The notes under the pieces are model-generated. The model searched no databases. It was not told where the DNA came from and saw only the letters and a program-made list of their open reading frames with translations. A program made the translations under genes and the position numbers. DNA of 64,000 nt from Vitrella brassicaformis CCMP3155 (Eukaryota > Protista > Chromerida), in assembly GCA_001179505.1 (NCBI GenBank), contig CDMY01000462.1, positions 1-64,000 on the forward strand, written 5' to 3'. This document shows positions 37,496 to 49,700 of the stretch, piece by piece (positions within the stretch are counted from its first letter, which is position 1; each line of letters starts with the position of its first letter).

Positions 37496-40400
37496 GATGG
37501 CACGGTGACGTTTTGGAGGCCATGATGAGTACTCGAGAGTGCAGTCACCGACTGACCCGGAGGGAGGGAACGAGGGAGGGAACGAGGGGAGGGACCTCAC
37601 CCGTCGCTTTGTGCTGTGTGTCCGTGCGTGTGTCTCTGCGTCTGCATGAGTGTCTGTCTGGTGGTGGTGGTGGTTTGGATGGATGGATGGATGGACCTGC
37701 CTGCCTGCCTGCCTGTGAGTCTGTCCGCCGGTTGGCTGCTCAGAAAACAAGAGGGAGGGCAGGGCAGCGGAGGGGAGGAGGGGGACGACACACGGATTCT
37801 GTCCGTCGTGTTGGTCGTGTATAGCCTCTAGGCTAGTTGTTACACACACACACACACACACACATGTTTTGCACATCCATCCATCCACCCACTGGTCGAG
37901 GTCTTTGCCTTTTTTCGTTTGCAAGCCGCCACCCACCGACCCACCGAGCTCTCCACTCTATGTGTGTGTCTGCGCAGTGAGCCGCCAGTGTGCGTGAATG
38001 AGTGTGAGAGTGAGAGGAGTGTGTGTGCACCTTTTCCTCTCCTGGCTTCGTTGCCTGCCTGCCTGCCTGCCGGGGTGATGGGAGTCTTCGTATTGACTAG
38101 TCGCCAAAAGGAGAGGATGGATGTCTGCGTGTGTCTTGTGCCTTTTGTCTGTGTGTGTGTCTGTCTTGACGCCTGTTTGCCTGCCCGTTGGTCGTCCGTC
38201 TCTATAGAATGGATCTGTATCTCTGTGTGTGTGTGTGTGTGTCAGTCACGTCAACCTCACTTGTATATTATGCTACCACGGTCGGCTTCCGTCCACTCTC
38301 TCTCCTTGCCTCTGGGGCGGCTGTGGCTGTGGTGGTGGTTGTGGTTGGAGTGGGTCAGGGGGGCGGCACACAGTGCTTGCGTGTTTGCCATGCAGGGGGG
38401 GATGGGAAACCCACCCCCTTGTCGCTGCGTGGAGACACTCACATGGACAGAGGGGAGACAGACAGACAGACAGACAGCAGTGAGTGCCGGTGCCTCTTTC
38501 TCCCCACACAAAGGAGGCCCACTACTTACCCACCCACAGCCCACACCCACTCGTAGAAGGAGAGATGGATGGATGGATGGATGGGTGGGTGGATGGACTT
38601 CTCTTGCTGCGGTTTAAAGGACGGTCGATATTCGTCTCGTATCGCCTCGTGTTGGTTGGTTGGTTGGCTGTGGTTTTACGTACCCTTGGATGACATGAGT
38701 CCACACATACATACCTGCACACACACACATACTTGTGCACGAGATCGATGGATGGGTGGGAAGATGATATTTGTGGAGGAAGGACCGACCGATGGATGCC
38801 TGGCATGGCATGGCATGGATATGTGTAAGCGGGTGGCGCACTCGTCTGCGTGCAGACCATGCAGACGAGCGCGTGTCGGTGGATGGATCGATGGATCGAT
38901 CGTATGTTTCAATCAACCCATGGCCATGATCAATGTCAATCAGTGTGAGAGGGTGCGACTGAGAGAGAGAGAGAGAGAGATGTCCAAGAGAGCCTTTCAA
39001 CTAACCTGAGCAGACAAGTCAGAGAGAGAGAGAGAGACCCACACTGACTGGCAGGGCAGGGAATCGAGAGACGACAGAGAGAACCCCCGCCCCGGCCCAC
39101 CCCACACATAAGACACATATGTCTTCGTTCCCTTTTTGTGTACTCCTTACTGGTGGTGGTGGTGGTGCGTCCAGGCAGCCTGAGGCACCTGACTTGACAG
39201 ACAGACAGTCAGACAGACAGATGTGCATCATTTTTTCGGACACTCGAATGTCCTTTTGTGCCTTCCCACGTCTGCCTGCCTAACTGCCTGACTGCCTGAC
39301 GGCCTGCAGCCGGCCTGGTGAATGCCCGCAGACACAGACAGAGAGAAAGAGGAGAGAGAGAGAGCAAGGCAGTTTTGCTGGCTGCTGTGTTGTGTGTTTG
39401 TGTGTTGTGTCCTCTATGTAATGTCTATCATGTGTAGTGGTATACGGGCCGTCCATTCGTTCGTTCGTTCCTTCGTTCGTGGTGTGATGTGACGTGGTGT
39501 GATGTGATGCGGTGTGATGTGCATGGGGATTTTCCTGCCTCCTCCTTCTTCTGCTGCTGACTGCGTATCACTCACTCACTCACACACCCACTCAGTCACT
39601 CGCTCACCGTCTGTCTCTGTATCTGACAGACTGACTTGCCCACTACACTCTCGTGGATCTTCCCTATCCTTGTTTTGCCCTCATTGCCGGTGGTCTCCCT
39701 GCCTCCCTCTCTGCATCAGTGAGGCCGTCAGTTGCTGCCCATCCGCTCAGCCGTCCGTCCGTCCATCTCTCTCTTCATTGCCTTCTATTCTGCCCAGCCG
39801 CCCTGTGCCTCTCTGAGTGTGTTGTGGTTTCTCGGGGTGCAGCGTGGTGGGTCGTGTGTGTGTCGCCTCTCACCCAGATGTGACACTTACATCGTCCAGG
39901 GCGAAGTGACCGTAGGGATCTCAGCACTAACTGGTCAGCAGTCAGGTGTGACGAACAGCCGACTTGCCAAGTGAGACCAGGCAGGATTAGACAGACAGAA
40001 ACAAAGCCCTTGAATGAATGGATGACTGATTGGGTCATGTGTCGGTGCTTCCTTACGCAACACACCATGGATGCTCTGCAATGAGCATGTGACGCTGCTC
40101 ACTCTGCAGGGCGTCTGTGAGGGGTGGCGGAAGGAGGCACCGATCGACCCACTGACCGACGAACTGACAGACGAACTGAACAGACAGACAAACAGACAAG
40201 AAAGGGCACGAGTATGGGAGCAGTGGTGGGCTACGATTTGCTGGCTTGACCTGAGTGAGACATGCGCCGTGGTGCCTCTTTTTCGGATGGCCGTTTTGCT
40301 TGCTTGGCTGCTCGTTCGTGCGTGTGCGCGAGAGTGTGGCTGCCCACGTCGTCAGGTCAGTGTGTCTGGCAATTTTCTCTGTATTATGTCTGGCTGAATG

Positions 40401-41950
40401 GCTGGCTGGCTGGTCGATGGATGATCGGATGGATGGATGGATGAATCGACGTCGACGAACAGTTTTCACCGTTTTGCTCGCAATGGAATGGGATGCACGC
40501 ACTGCCTCATGCCAGTGCCCCTGCGATCGACTGACTGACCGGATGTGCACACACACACAGACGCATTTATGTACCTGCCGTACGACCGTCTGTCTGTCCT
40601 CTCGCCGTCCACATCCACACGCCCACCGCCCTCCCCGCATCCACATACACCACACCACACCTGACCAGAGGGGCGTCACATCGTCGTCTTTTTTTTCTTT
40701 GCTGTGGCTTGATCTTTAGCCTTGACGCGAGAGAGAGGGGGAACGAGGGAGAGAGGTGCCACCATGTTGTGGGGTGTGGCCTCGGAGGTAGTGACGCATG
40801 GGACAAACCTGGCCAGAGGCAGGTAGTCTCTTGCGTAGCTACTTCCGGGCTCACACACTCACTCTCTCGTTGGCACACACATCACATCCAGCGATATCGT
40901 GGCGACACACGACAGAGGAGAGGGGAGGGAGGGGGGGCCATCTGCTCTTCCATCCATCCATCCATCCATCTGGCGCTGATGCACTCTCTCTCTCTCTCTG
41001 TTGGATGCCTTTCATACGTCAAGTGTAATGCTCTTCTCGGCTTGTGCTGGTGGTGGTGGTGCCTTCCCCCACCCCACGTCGATCGCACTGTGTCTACTGT
41101 GTCTGTCTCTGCCTATCCCCTTGCTGACCTGCTTTCTCTCTGCCTCTGCTGCTTGCCGTTCTTCGGCTGCAAACCAAATCGGTCGACATCGCTCCATCTC
41201 TCTGTTGATGGGGTCTGCCTGCCGGTTTGCGGCCAGTGGAGTGCACGAGAATTGGAGAGAGTTTGAGAGAGAACAGAGGGAGGGACGTATGTGTGTGTGT
41301 GGATGGATGTGTTGGCTGACCAGTGGGGTGAAATCTGTGTATCGCTGTCTGCGGATGGACCTGGTGCGTTGACTCGTTCCTGCGTTGTGTCGTCAGTGAA
41401 TGGATTGTGTGTGTGTGTCCTTCCCGCGTCGCACTCAGCTGCGCACCACACACGTGGAAGAATTGCATTCGCACACACGCAGCATTGTCATGTCTACCAC
41501 TCACCACACCCACAGCCGTGGCCGTTCCACGCCAGCCATTCTATGCAGCCAAACGACCTGTTCTACCTCACCTGTACGACAAAAACCTGTTGGTTGTCTC
41601 ATCTATCTACCATGCAGCCCAACATGGTGGCCACAACCACACCCCACACACCATCACCACACAGCCAACCAGCCCGCTTAGAGTTTGTCTCGTCTCTCTC
41701 CGTCTAAGCGCAGCGCAGCACACCCGTGCAGTCAATCTGAGCATGGGTGTCACAAATACGGCCGCATCGCGTCCCTCTGCTGTCTGCCGCCGTGCCACTA
41801 ACTAATTATGTGATCCGTCCGACCTGACAGCACCCTCACGGACCTGACTAAACCCTCATCTCGTCGACACGACTAGACAGAGTGCGATAGACAGACAGAC
41901 AGACAGACACACAGACCGAAAGGACCCTGGAGAACCTTCCTAAATGCACT
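37040..41950. repeat. ~4.9 kb stretch without a convincing CDS, saturated with microsatellites
   Basis: Runs of GT/CA, GA/CT, GGAT, CAGA, GCCT, TTCG and GTGAT. ORFs here translate into repeat-derived C/V/H/T-rich strings. Confidence 0.7.
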
Positions 41951-42030
41951 CGCACCCTCTGTCTCATGTCACACAACAAAATAATGTGTGAATAGATACT
42001 TCGGCCGGTGCTGAGACCCGACAAATCGAA

Positions 42031-44456
42031 TCAGCCCTCCGGCTGCGCGCGAATGCTTTCAGCAGTGTCTGAAAGAATGAAAGAAGGGAGAGGTGGGCAC
42101 ACAAGGGAAGGGATACGTTGGTGACTGAATGAATGGCCTGCCTGCACCGTAGCGTGTGCACCTTTGTTCGCCTTGAGAGACGCCAAGGCATAGTCAGTGG
42201 CCATGTCGTTCAAGGCCGTCTCGTTGCGACCCAGCAGCTCGAACACAGTAGGAATCAGATACCGATGACGATCGACCTGCAGATCAGATGTATGTATACT
42301 CAGTGCTGATCAGCGGCTGCCTGCCCCACGGTGGTTGTGTACCCAGTCTCTTCCGGCAGGGATGTTGACACGATCGGGGCTGACGCACAGATACATCAGG
42401 TCATGCAGCACTTGCTGCAGTGCACACACACAACAACCAAAACAGGGAGGGGGACACACACACACACACACAGAGGCTCGTTCGGTGGGCGGATCGGTGA
42501 ATGGTTGTTCTGGTCGGGCTCACAGACGTACAAAGAGGACAGGCTTGGGCATCTCGTCGATGTCCTCCTTCTTGATGTTTTCCATCCCAAATGCCACCGA
42601 CAGCACATCCCAGTGCTTCCGCAGCACCCCCTCTCCAAACACCTCTCGAAGCCGCTGAACCTGCGGCAGCACCTTTCTCTCGGGTCCGTCAAGGGCCGCC
42701 GTCTCGGTGTAGCTCACAGAGGCCAGGCCGGCCTTCATGAGGCCCTCTGAGAAACACAGCTCGGTCTCATCCTTGGACCAATCCTTCTCGAGACGAGGAA
42801 TATCGACCTGCATTGACAGGGAGGGGGTGTCTGTCTGTTGTCGTCTGTGGTCTGTCTTACGATTGTGGTGAATCCGTCCTTCTGGTTGTCGGCGTACACC
42901 TGGCCGAGCATGAGCAGCTTCCAGACGAACACAGACAGACACGTCGGCATCTTGGACGGTGAAAAAAGGGGGTTCTCATCATCATCATCGTCGTCTTCAT
43001 CTCCACCAACCAACCAAGAGAACGACCACACACCATGCATTCTCACAAAAGAGCGAACGGCTCGCGTCACGTGCAGTGCATCAATCATACCTTGGCCAGC
43101 AACAGCGCTCATGCCCAGCACCTTGCCCGTGTTGCGGTCGACGGTGGGGCCGCCAGACATGCCGAAAGGGATGTAGGCGTCGTGCGGCAGCATCACGCCA
43201 TTCTCGATGTGGCAAAGGGCACCTGATACATACACGTACGGGTGAGGGAAATTAAGTGGCATACCATTCCTAGACTGCCCCTCACCCTTGAGTGTGCCGC
43301 GAAGGGTAGCCGGCCCGTCGTAAGGGCTGTACGAGAGGCTGTCCTCGTTAGCTGGCAGCATGGAGCCTGTGTTGGCCAGGTAGCCCATCGCCACGATCTC
43401 GGTGCCCTCGATGGCCTCGTGTGAGGCGTCCCCCGCGACAAACGGCTCGGGGACAACGCCACCCAGCTTCTCACTCACATACTGCTTGTACGCCTGAAGT
43501 AAGATGATGGAAGGAGGAAAGAACTGCCTGCCTGCCTCATGTGTGGATCGTCGACTTACGTCGAGTGAGTATGGCTCTTGGAGTTTGATGAAGGCCACGT
43601 CCCACGTGGGGCACTTCATGACCACACGGCCCATTAGCTGCAGGGCACACACGCCCACCAAACCACAGCAAACCACATCAAACCACAGCATCAGTGGGGT
43701 GTGAGCGACGAGCTGTCATCCCTCTGCCCGTCCACATACTTACTGTGCTGTTGGTGACCGTCGACTGGAGTATCACATAATCTGTCATTCATGCACACAG
43801 CGCAGCCACGTACCTCATAGGTCTGATCCGCCGTTCTTTCTCCTCTCCCCCGTCTACCCTCCTGGCTGACCTGACCTGTATCAATGACTTTGTCGCTTCG
43901 CGTGACGAACAGCGGCTCATGAGGCCCGTCCAGCAAGAAGGTGGAGGCGAGAAGATGGGCTGCACACACACAAAGAGGGACAAGTGAAAGGACGCCACGC
44001 CACCCATCATCACTCCCCACCCACCAGATGTGTTCACTCACCTGCAGGGTCTCCGAGCAGCCCGGTCGGCGTCTCATATGGGTGTGCGGGAATCATCCGG
44101 AAGATGGACGCCTGCAGGGGCAGCGGCACGTCGTCCAGCCCCCTCGCGTACTTGCCCGTCAGCTCATCCACCATCGGCCCCGACCATTCCATGAATCTCA
44201 TTTCATTCAATGACGTCCACCCAGGGGCCGCACGCCGCCCCCCTGCCAGTGTGTGGTGTGTGGAAGCAGCAGGCTCCGCGACAGCAGGTGGGACGAAGGA
44301 CAGCGTGCGTCGCAGGCGATGAGTCGGGCGGTCGATTCCCGCCAGAGGTGAAGCGAGAGGCATCTTGAGGTGCCCATAAGGCTGCCAGGCTGAGGTAGGA
44401 CGGCACGAGAGGCTAGCGGTAGATGCGATGAGGAGAAATCCGACGAATGACGACAT
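42031..44456 (-). CDS. Plastid-targeted trypsin-like (chymotrypsin-fold) serine protease with C-terminal extension
   Basis: Leader MSSFVGFLLIASTASLSCRPTSA-WQPYG. Candidate triad H (PAAHLL across a splice junction), D (TWDVAFIKL) and S (FGMSGGPTVD). Confidence 0.7.
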
Positions 44457-45256
44457 ATTTGCGAACGAAACGGGGTAGATCTGCTCCAGATCTTCGGCAG
44501 ATGGACAGATCAACGACAGATCTTCCCTTCTTCGGGACAAGTCTGAGTGCGAGCTTGAAGCCAATCTCATGGTTTGCCTGGGGAGGCCCCTACTCCGCTG
44601 TCTTGTGTGAGAGGCTTGTCGCATCTGGATGTCCGCGCAGCCACGAGCGATGGGCCGCAGAGGACCATCAAGTTCAAGCTGAGGCTATCCGGTCAGCCAC
44701 AGCACCTATCGATCTGCCGTGCGTGACGTGATTCGATTCAAACCAAGTATATTCAACACGTATGCATGCATGGCTCTGAACCTATGAACGATGAATACAG
44801 CCACTGCTTAGGTCGTGTGCGGCACCCTTGCATGCCTCCCAGTCACTCGGGCGGCTGCCTGTTTCTGAGAGCAACACATCTGTCTGTCTGTCTGTCTCTT
44901 CTCTGTTTCATTCATTTCGCTACATTTCGCCACATTCGCGAGTCGTCCTCCCTCCCTTACATCCGTAAGTGTCCTTCATTAATTCTCCACGAACGAACGC
45001 GAAAAACTACAGTGCATACCAAACATGTTCTTTCCTTTCTCATGCGACCGACGCAAAAAGTGGCGGCCCGCCAAAACATACGACCGACGTCCTGCTCATT
45101 GCATGTCGACTGACCTAGCCACCCACCTATATATGTGCTGGCTGGACTACACATCTACCACCCACCCAGCCACCCACCCATCCAGCCACCCACCACACGG
45201 TCTGACTGTCTATCTATCTCGAGCTCACGGCAGACTTGACCCGCATCCCAGGTCCG

Positions 45257-46472
45257 TCAGTCAGGTTCTTGCTCCTTCTTGTCTTCGTGCTCGAGGCGGT
45301 CGATGATATAGTCGACGACCCTCTGGGCGCCCTTGCCCCCCTCCTCGGTCAGCAAAATGTCGTCTTGCATGGTCCTGACAAACTTGTCTGTCGCTCGGTC
45401 GTAGTACCAGAAGCTCCATCTACCGCCGGCAACAGTCGCACACTGCTTGATGTCGTGCACGCGCATGAGCCACTTGAGGTCGGCCGTCACCTTCTTGCAC
45501 CCGTCAGTGAAGTGGACAGCGGCAAACAGCGTCCCGTCGAGCTTGTAGTTCCTGACGGGCACACAGACACATACACACGTGAAGCCTCTCTGAGAAGGCG
45601 CGTTACTTGCTTACCCTTCGCTGTCGGTTATGAGGGCCGTATTGAGGCCATCCTTCTCGATGAGGTACAAGCCATACTCATCAGCGATTCCAGTTTCGAG
45701 ATCGACGTCGCGTTTGTCATCTGGTCCGTCAGCACACCACACGACGACACGCCAGTCGGTCTGACGAACCAACTCGTGCATCTGCACCAACGAAGGAATG
45801 ACGGTCAGCTGAGCACACTGTCTGTCTGCATCACGCGATCTGCCCACCTACCAAGGGGTGGACGTAGTACATAGAGTGAGTGGCTGTCCATTGCCGAAAC
45901 CTCAATCTGCCCCTCGTGTCAGCCACACGCACCCCAACCGCACCACACACGACAGACAAACCAGTGTCAATCAATAGCCTAGGGAGTGCCCCTCTGTGTG
46001 TGTTACTTACTTGGATTGGATTCCCGATGCCCCCCTCGGGTGTGCGGCATCGCAAAAGAACTGACACAGATCGGCCGGCACCACCACCTTCGGCAGCGGC
46101 TTCTGGCGGTTCGCCATCACCGCCTGCGACTTCGTTGGCGGAAGTGCAGAAGACACTGAAGCCTCGACATGAGGAAGGTGTGGCGCCTGCTGAAACGAGG
46201 ACATTCACGTGTACACACATGCACACGCACAAAACTGTGCATCCGTGGTCTATGAATCCGTCAGTTGCCATCAACGGCCGCACCTGGTTGTCTGAGTCCA
46301 TCGAAGTGGCCTTCTGTTCACGCCTGATGGCAGATCTGACATGCCGATGATGCGGTCTGCCGCTGCTGATGGGCGGTGCTGCAGGGATGAAGGAAGAGGC
46401 TTGCACAGGACATTTCTGGAGCACACAGGCCAACCACACCAGTCCAGCACAAACATCACGAAGGGAGAGCAT
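45257..46472 (-). CDS. Plastid-targeted hypothetical protein (5 exons)
   Basis: Leader MLSLRDVCAGLVWLACVLQKCPVQASS-FIPAAPP (ASAF-like motif). In-frame exons run to ..RLEHEDKKEQEPD*. No domain recognised. Confidence 0.7.
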
Positions 46473-46725
46473 CCTGTTGCTTGCTTCTCCTTTTCATGCC
46501 ACGGTCGAATATCCCCTCACTTGGACCGTTTCACACGCCGCCCTGAACCTCGAGCTCGCAAAACTTTCTTCCGCATTGCAATTGCTGGTCCATTGCAGAG
46601 CTCATTGCCTGCATTGCTTCAGGCAAGCTGGGGGAAAGAAAACGACACTCTTGCTGCCGTCATTTCGGTGACGCTCGTGTGTTTATCCCTCCGTGTGTAT
46701 GCGCAGGAGTTGGCGGCGGCCCGCC

Positions 46726-49700
46726 ATGCAGTCGGTAGACGTGCCGACGGATGTCCACAAGATTCTGGAGGAGCGAAAGTGCAGACACGCCATAAGACAA
46801 ATCCTCTCAACTGAAGTGGAAAAGGTCATTGAAAGAAAGGGCCCACTCTGATGCACCTGGCATTCCTTTGTCGTTTCATGCCGTGTCTGTGTGCCTGTGC
46901 ATTGCAGATGAAGAGTGAGCTGTTCGCCTCCCATCGTAAGCTGCGTCAGATGCGCGAGGAGCGCATAATCTTGGCTGACACCATCACGGGCGGCGGGCGG
47001 GTGTCCAAGAATAGCGACCTCTACAAACGCATCCGAGACGCAGTGGTGCACGGCACCATCCACAGGGCATTGGAAGTAAGCCAGACGATACATGAAAGAA
47101 AGAAGGGCATTTGGATGGATGGATGGATGGATGGATGGATGTGGGCATGCGTCGTTGTCGTTATCATTGGTGTGTTGTTTGTATGCAGCCTCGGTGGATC
47201 CGCGATAGCCTTCACCCGGTCAAGTTTGCGTGCCCGCCTTTCGATAGGTGCGCACAATGAAACGACACACAGGGACACCAAATGCATTGACGTGCCGTTG
47301 TTGTGTCAGTTGCTGCGGCGTGTTTTGGAAGGCCGATGCGGAGTCCTATGTCGCGACCAAGAACCGCATCATCCTGGGCGAGTACACCGGCCTGGTGTGC
47401 CCCAAACCATCCAACATGACCCTCATCGCACGCACCACCACCGAGACACTCATACCGACACACCTGGACGAACAAGAGGTGGTCAGTCCCTTATAATGAT
47501 GCCAAAGCAATCTGATCCGCTTCCACCTTTTTTGTCTATCGGTGGTTTGTCAGGATGAGGGCGAGGTTGAGCTCGAGTGCGAGCCTGATGCCCGCTTCCC
47601 CGCCCCCGCCGACGAGTCCGTTGCAGACAAGGACAACGGCGACGACAATGCCAGCTCGGCGCTTGATCAGGAGTCCAGTATCGAGGAGTGGAGTGAGGGG
47701 GGCGCCAACACCGACCACAGGAAGCCGCGCTCTCAGATCGGCTCGGTGAGGGGAGGCGCGTCGGCGTCGGCGTCTGGGCGGGCGGCGAACGGGAAAAATG
47801 GCAGTGCCGATCCAGCTGTCGCTCTTCACGAGGCCGAGAGGCAGAGACAGGTATGCATGGATCATGCAGGTCATGCTTGTGGTCCCACCTGTCTGTCTGT
47901 CGGTCTGTCTGTCTGTCGTTCAGAGGAAGAACATGTATATTTTCAACCTTGACTTCCACCGGAAGGCCTACAAGGACGAGAGGAAACGGTCGCTCTACCC
48001 CACCACACACGGGTAAATGGCACGAACAACACGAGTGGGCTCGTTGAAGTACCTCTGTCTGTGTGTGTCTGGCGTTTTCGTTGGCCGCTTTAGTTCGTTG
48101 CCGCTCCGCAACATAGTTGTAGACGCATCGGAGCGCCTCAAGTGAGCACACAGCCCAGCAAAATGAAATCGGAAGACGACAGAGAGATGTTTGTGTGTGT
48201 GTGTGCCTGTGTATCTGCGCACAATTGTCAGCGAGATGGCGTTGGTCAACCACTTTTCGTGCATCCAGCTGGTGAGCCACCTGCCCAAGGCAAGGAACGC
48301 GAAGGCCAATGCAGAGTGGCACCAGGTTAGCCTTCAATGCGTTCACAGAACGACAGCCCACAGTCACACATCGAAAGCAAGCATCGATTGCTTGTTCGGT
48401 AGGTGTTGGTCGACGGCTGGCCCCACATCATTCTCACGACCGTTCCAGGCACACCGATCAACCCAAATGTGAGTGCGGCGTACGGGGACATGGCTGCATG
48501 GCTCTCTGGTTGGTGTGTACCCCTCTTCTTTGGTTTCCTAGGATGAGATCTTGGCTGACTTTGGCGGCGATTGGTTCAAGAACGTCATCAGGTACCACCG
48601 ACATACACAGCAGCCATCCATCCACTCATGCATGCGCACCCCATATTCGTCTTTGTGTGAAGGCTGGCGAGCCAGTTTCTGTACCGCGAGCTGACATTCT
48701 ACCGCAGCGTGGCGTTCAAGCAGTTCAATCGCGACTGGCTGAGGAGCCAGATCGACCACATCGCCGCAGAGGCCGCCGTCAAAGTCGAGTGAGTCAGCAC
48801 ACGTTCACACCCATGCCTGTTGTTATCCCTCTGTCTGTTCTGTCTCTTTCTGTGTGTGTGTGTGGTTGCGCTGCAGCGAGACGGACAAGGACATATGTTG
48901 TGAGATGGATGACCCTTGCGCCATCTGCCTCAATAGCAACGCAAACGGCCAGCGGGTAAGCAACCCACCACACAGAGGAAACAATTTTGTTCTCCCGTTC
49001 TCATGAGTCGTTTTATTTCACTGTGCATATACTTGTCAGAATTTGGCGGTCGTGTGCGACGGCTGCAATCGCTGCTATCACCTGAGGTGCTTGGGCGTCG
49101 ATCCGCGGCAGCCAGTGCCAAAGGAGGAGTGGTTCTGCGACACGTGCTGCCTGCACGCCGAGTGAGTGAGCATAGCATAGCATAGCAACCAACACACGCA
49201 TGGACGAATGCATTTTCTCCCATATGCAGGCGCGTGACGTCCACCTTGCTGCAGCTGAGGGATGACGCCCGTCTGCACTACATGAACGCCAAGCACATCG
49301 ACCGGCTAGCCGCCATGCCCGAGCCGGAGGGCGTCCCGTCGCAGCAGGACGTCCGCAGGAGCACCCGCAGTTGGCAGGGCCTCTACTTCAACCACACCAA
49401 CCACGACAGCAAGGACCTCGAGCCGCCCAGCCACTACAAAGCCGACCTGATGGCTGCCAAGGGACCTCTCAAGTACACACACAGAGAGAAGAGATGGCCC
49501 ACAGCCCCCACTCCACCATCACGTGTACCTCTGTGTGTCTGTCAGTCGGAGGAACTTCATGTCGTCAAATCGGGCGTGTGTGCCGGGCCCCCCACCGTCC
49601 GACGGCGACCAGCCAGCAGCACCACCGACCCGCAACACTGGCGGCGACACATCGAGAAGCGAGGCTGACGGGGGGTCCTCATGCACATCGCCCGCCACTA

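Noticed and set aside
41848-41856. CTAAACCCT, identical to a plant-type telomerase RNA template
   Set aside because: A 9-mer is expected by chance about once in a window this size, and I saw no supporting pseudoknot or promoter.
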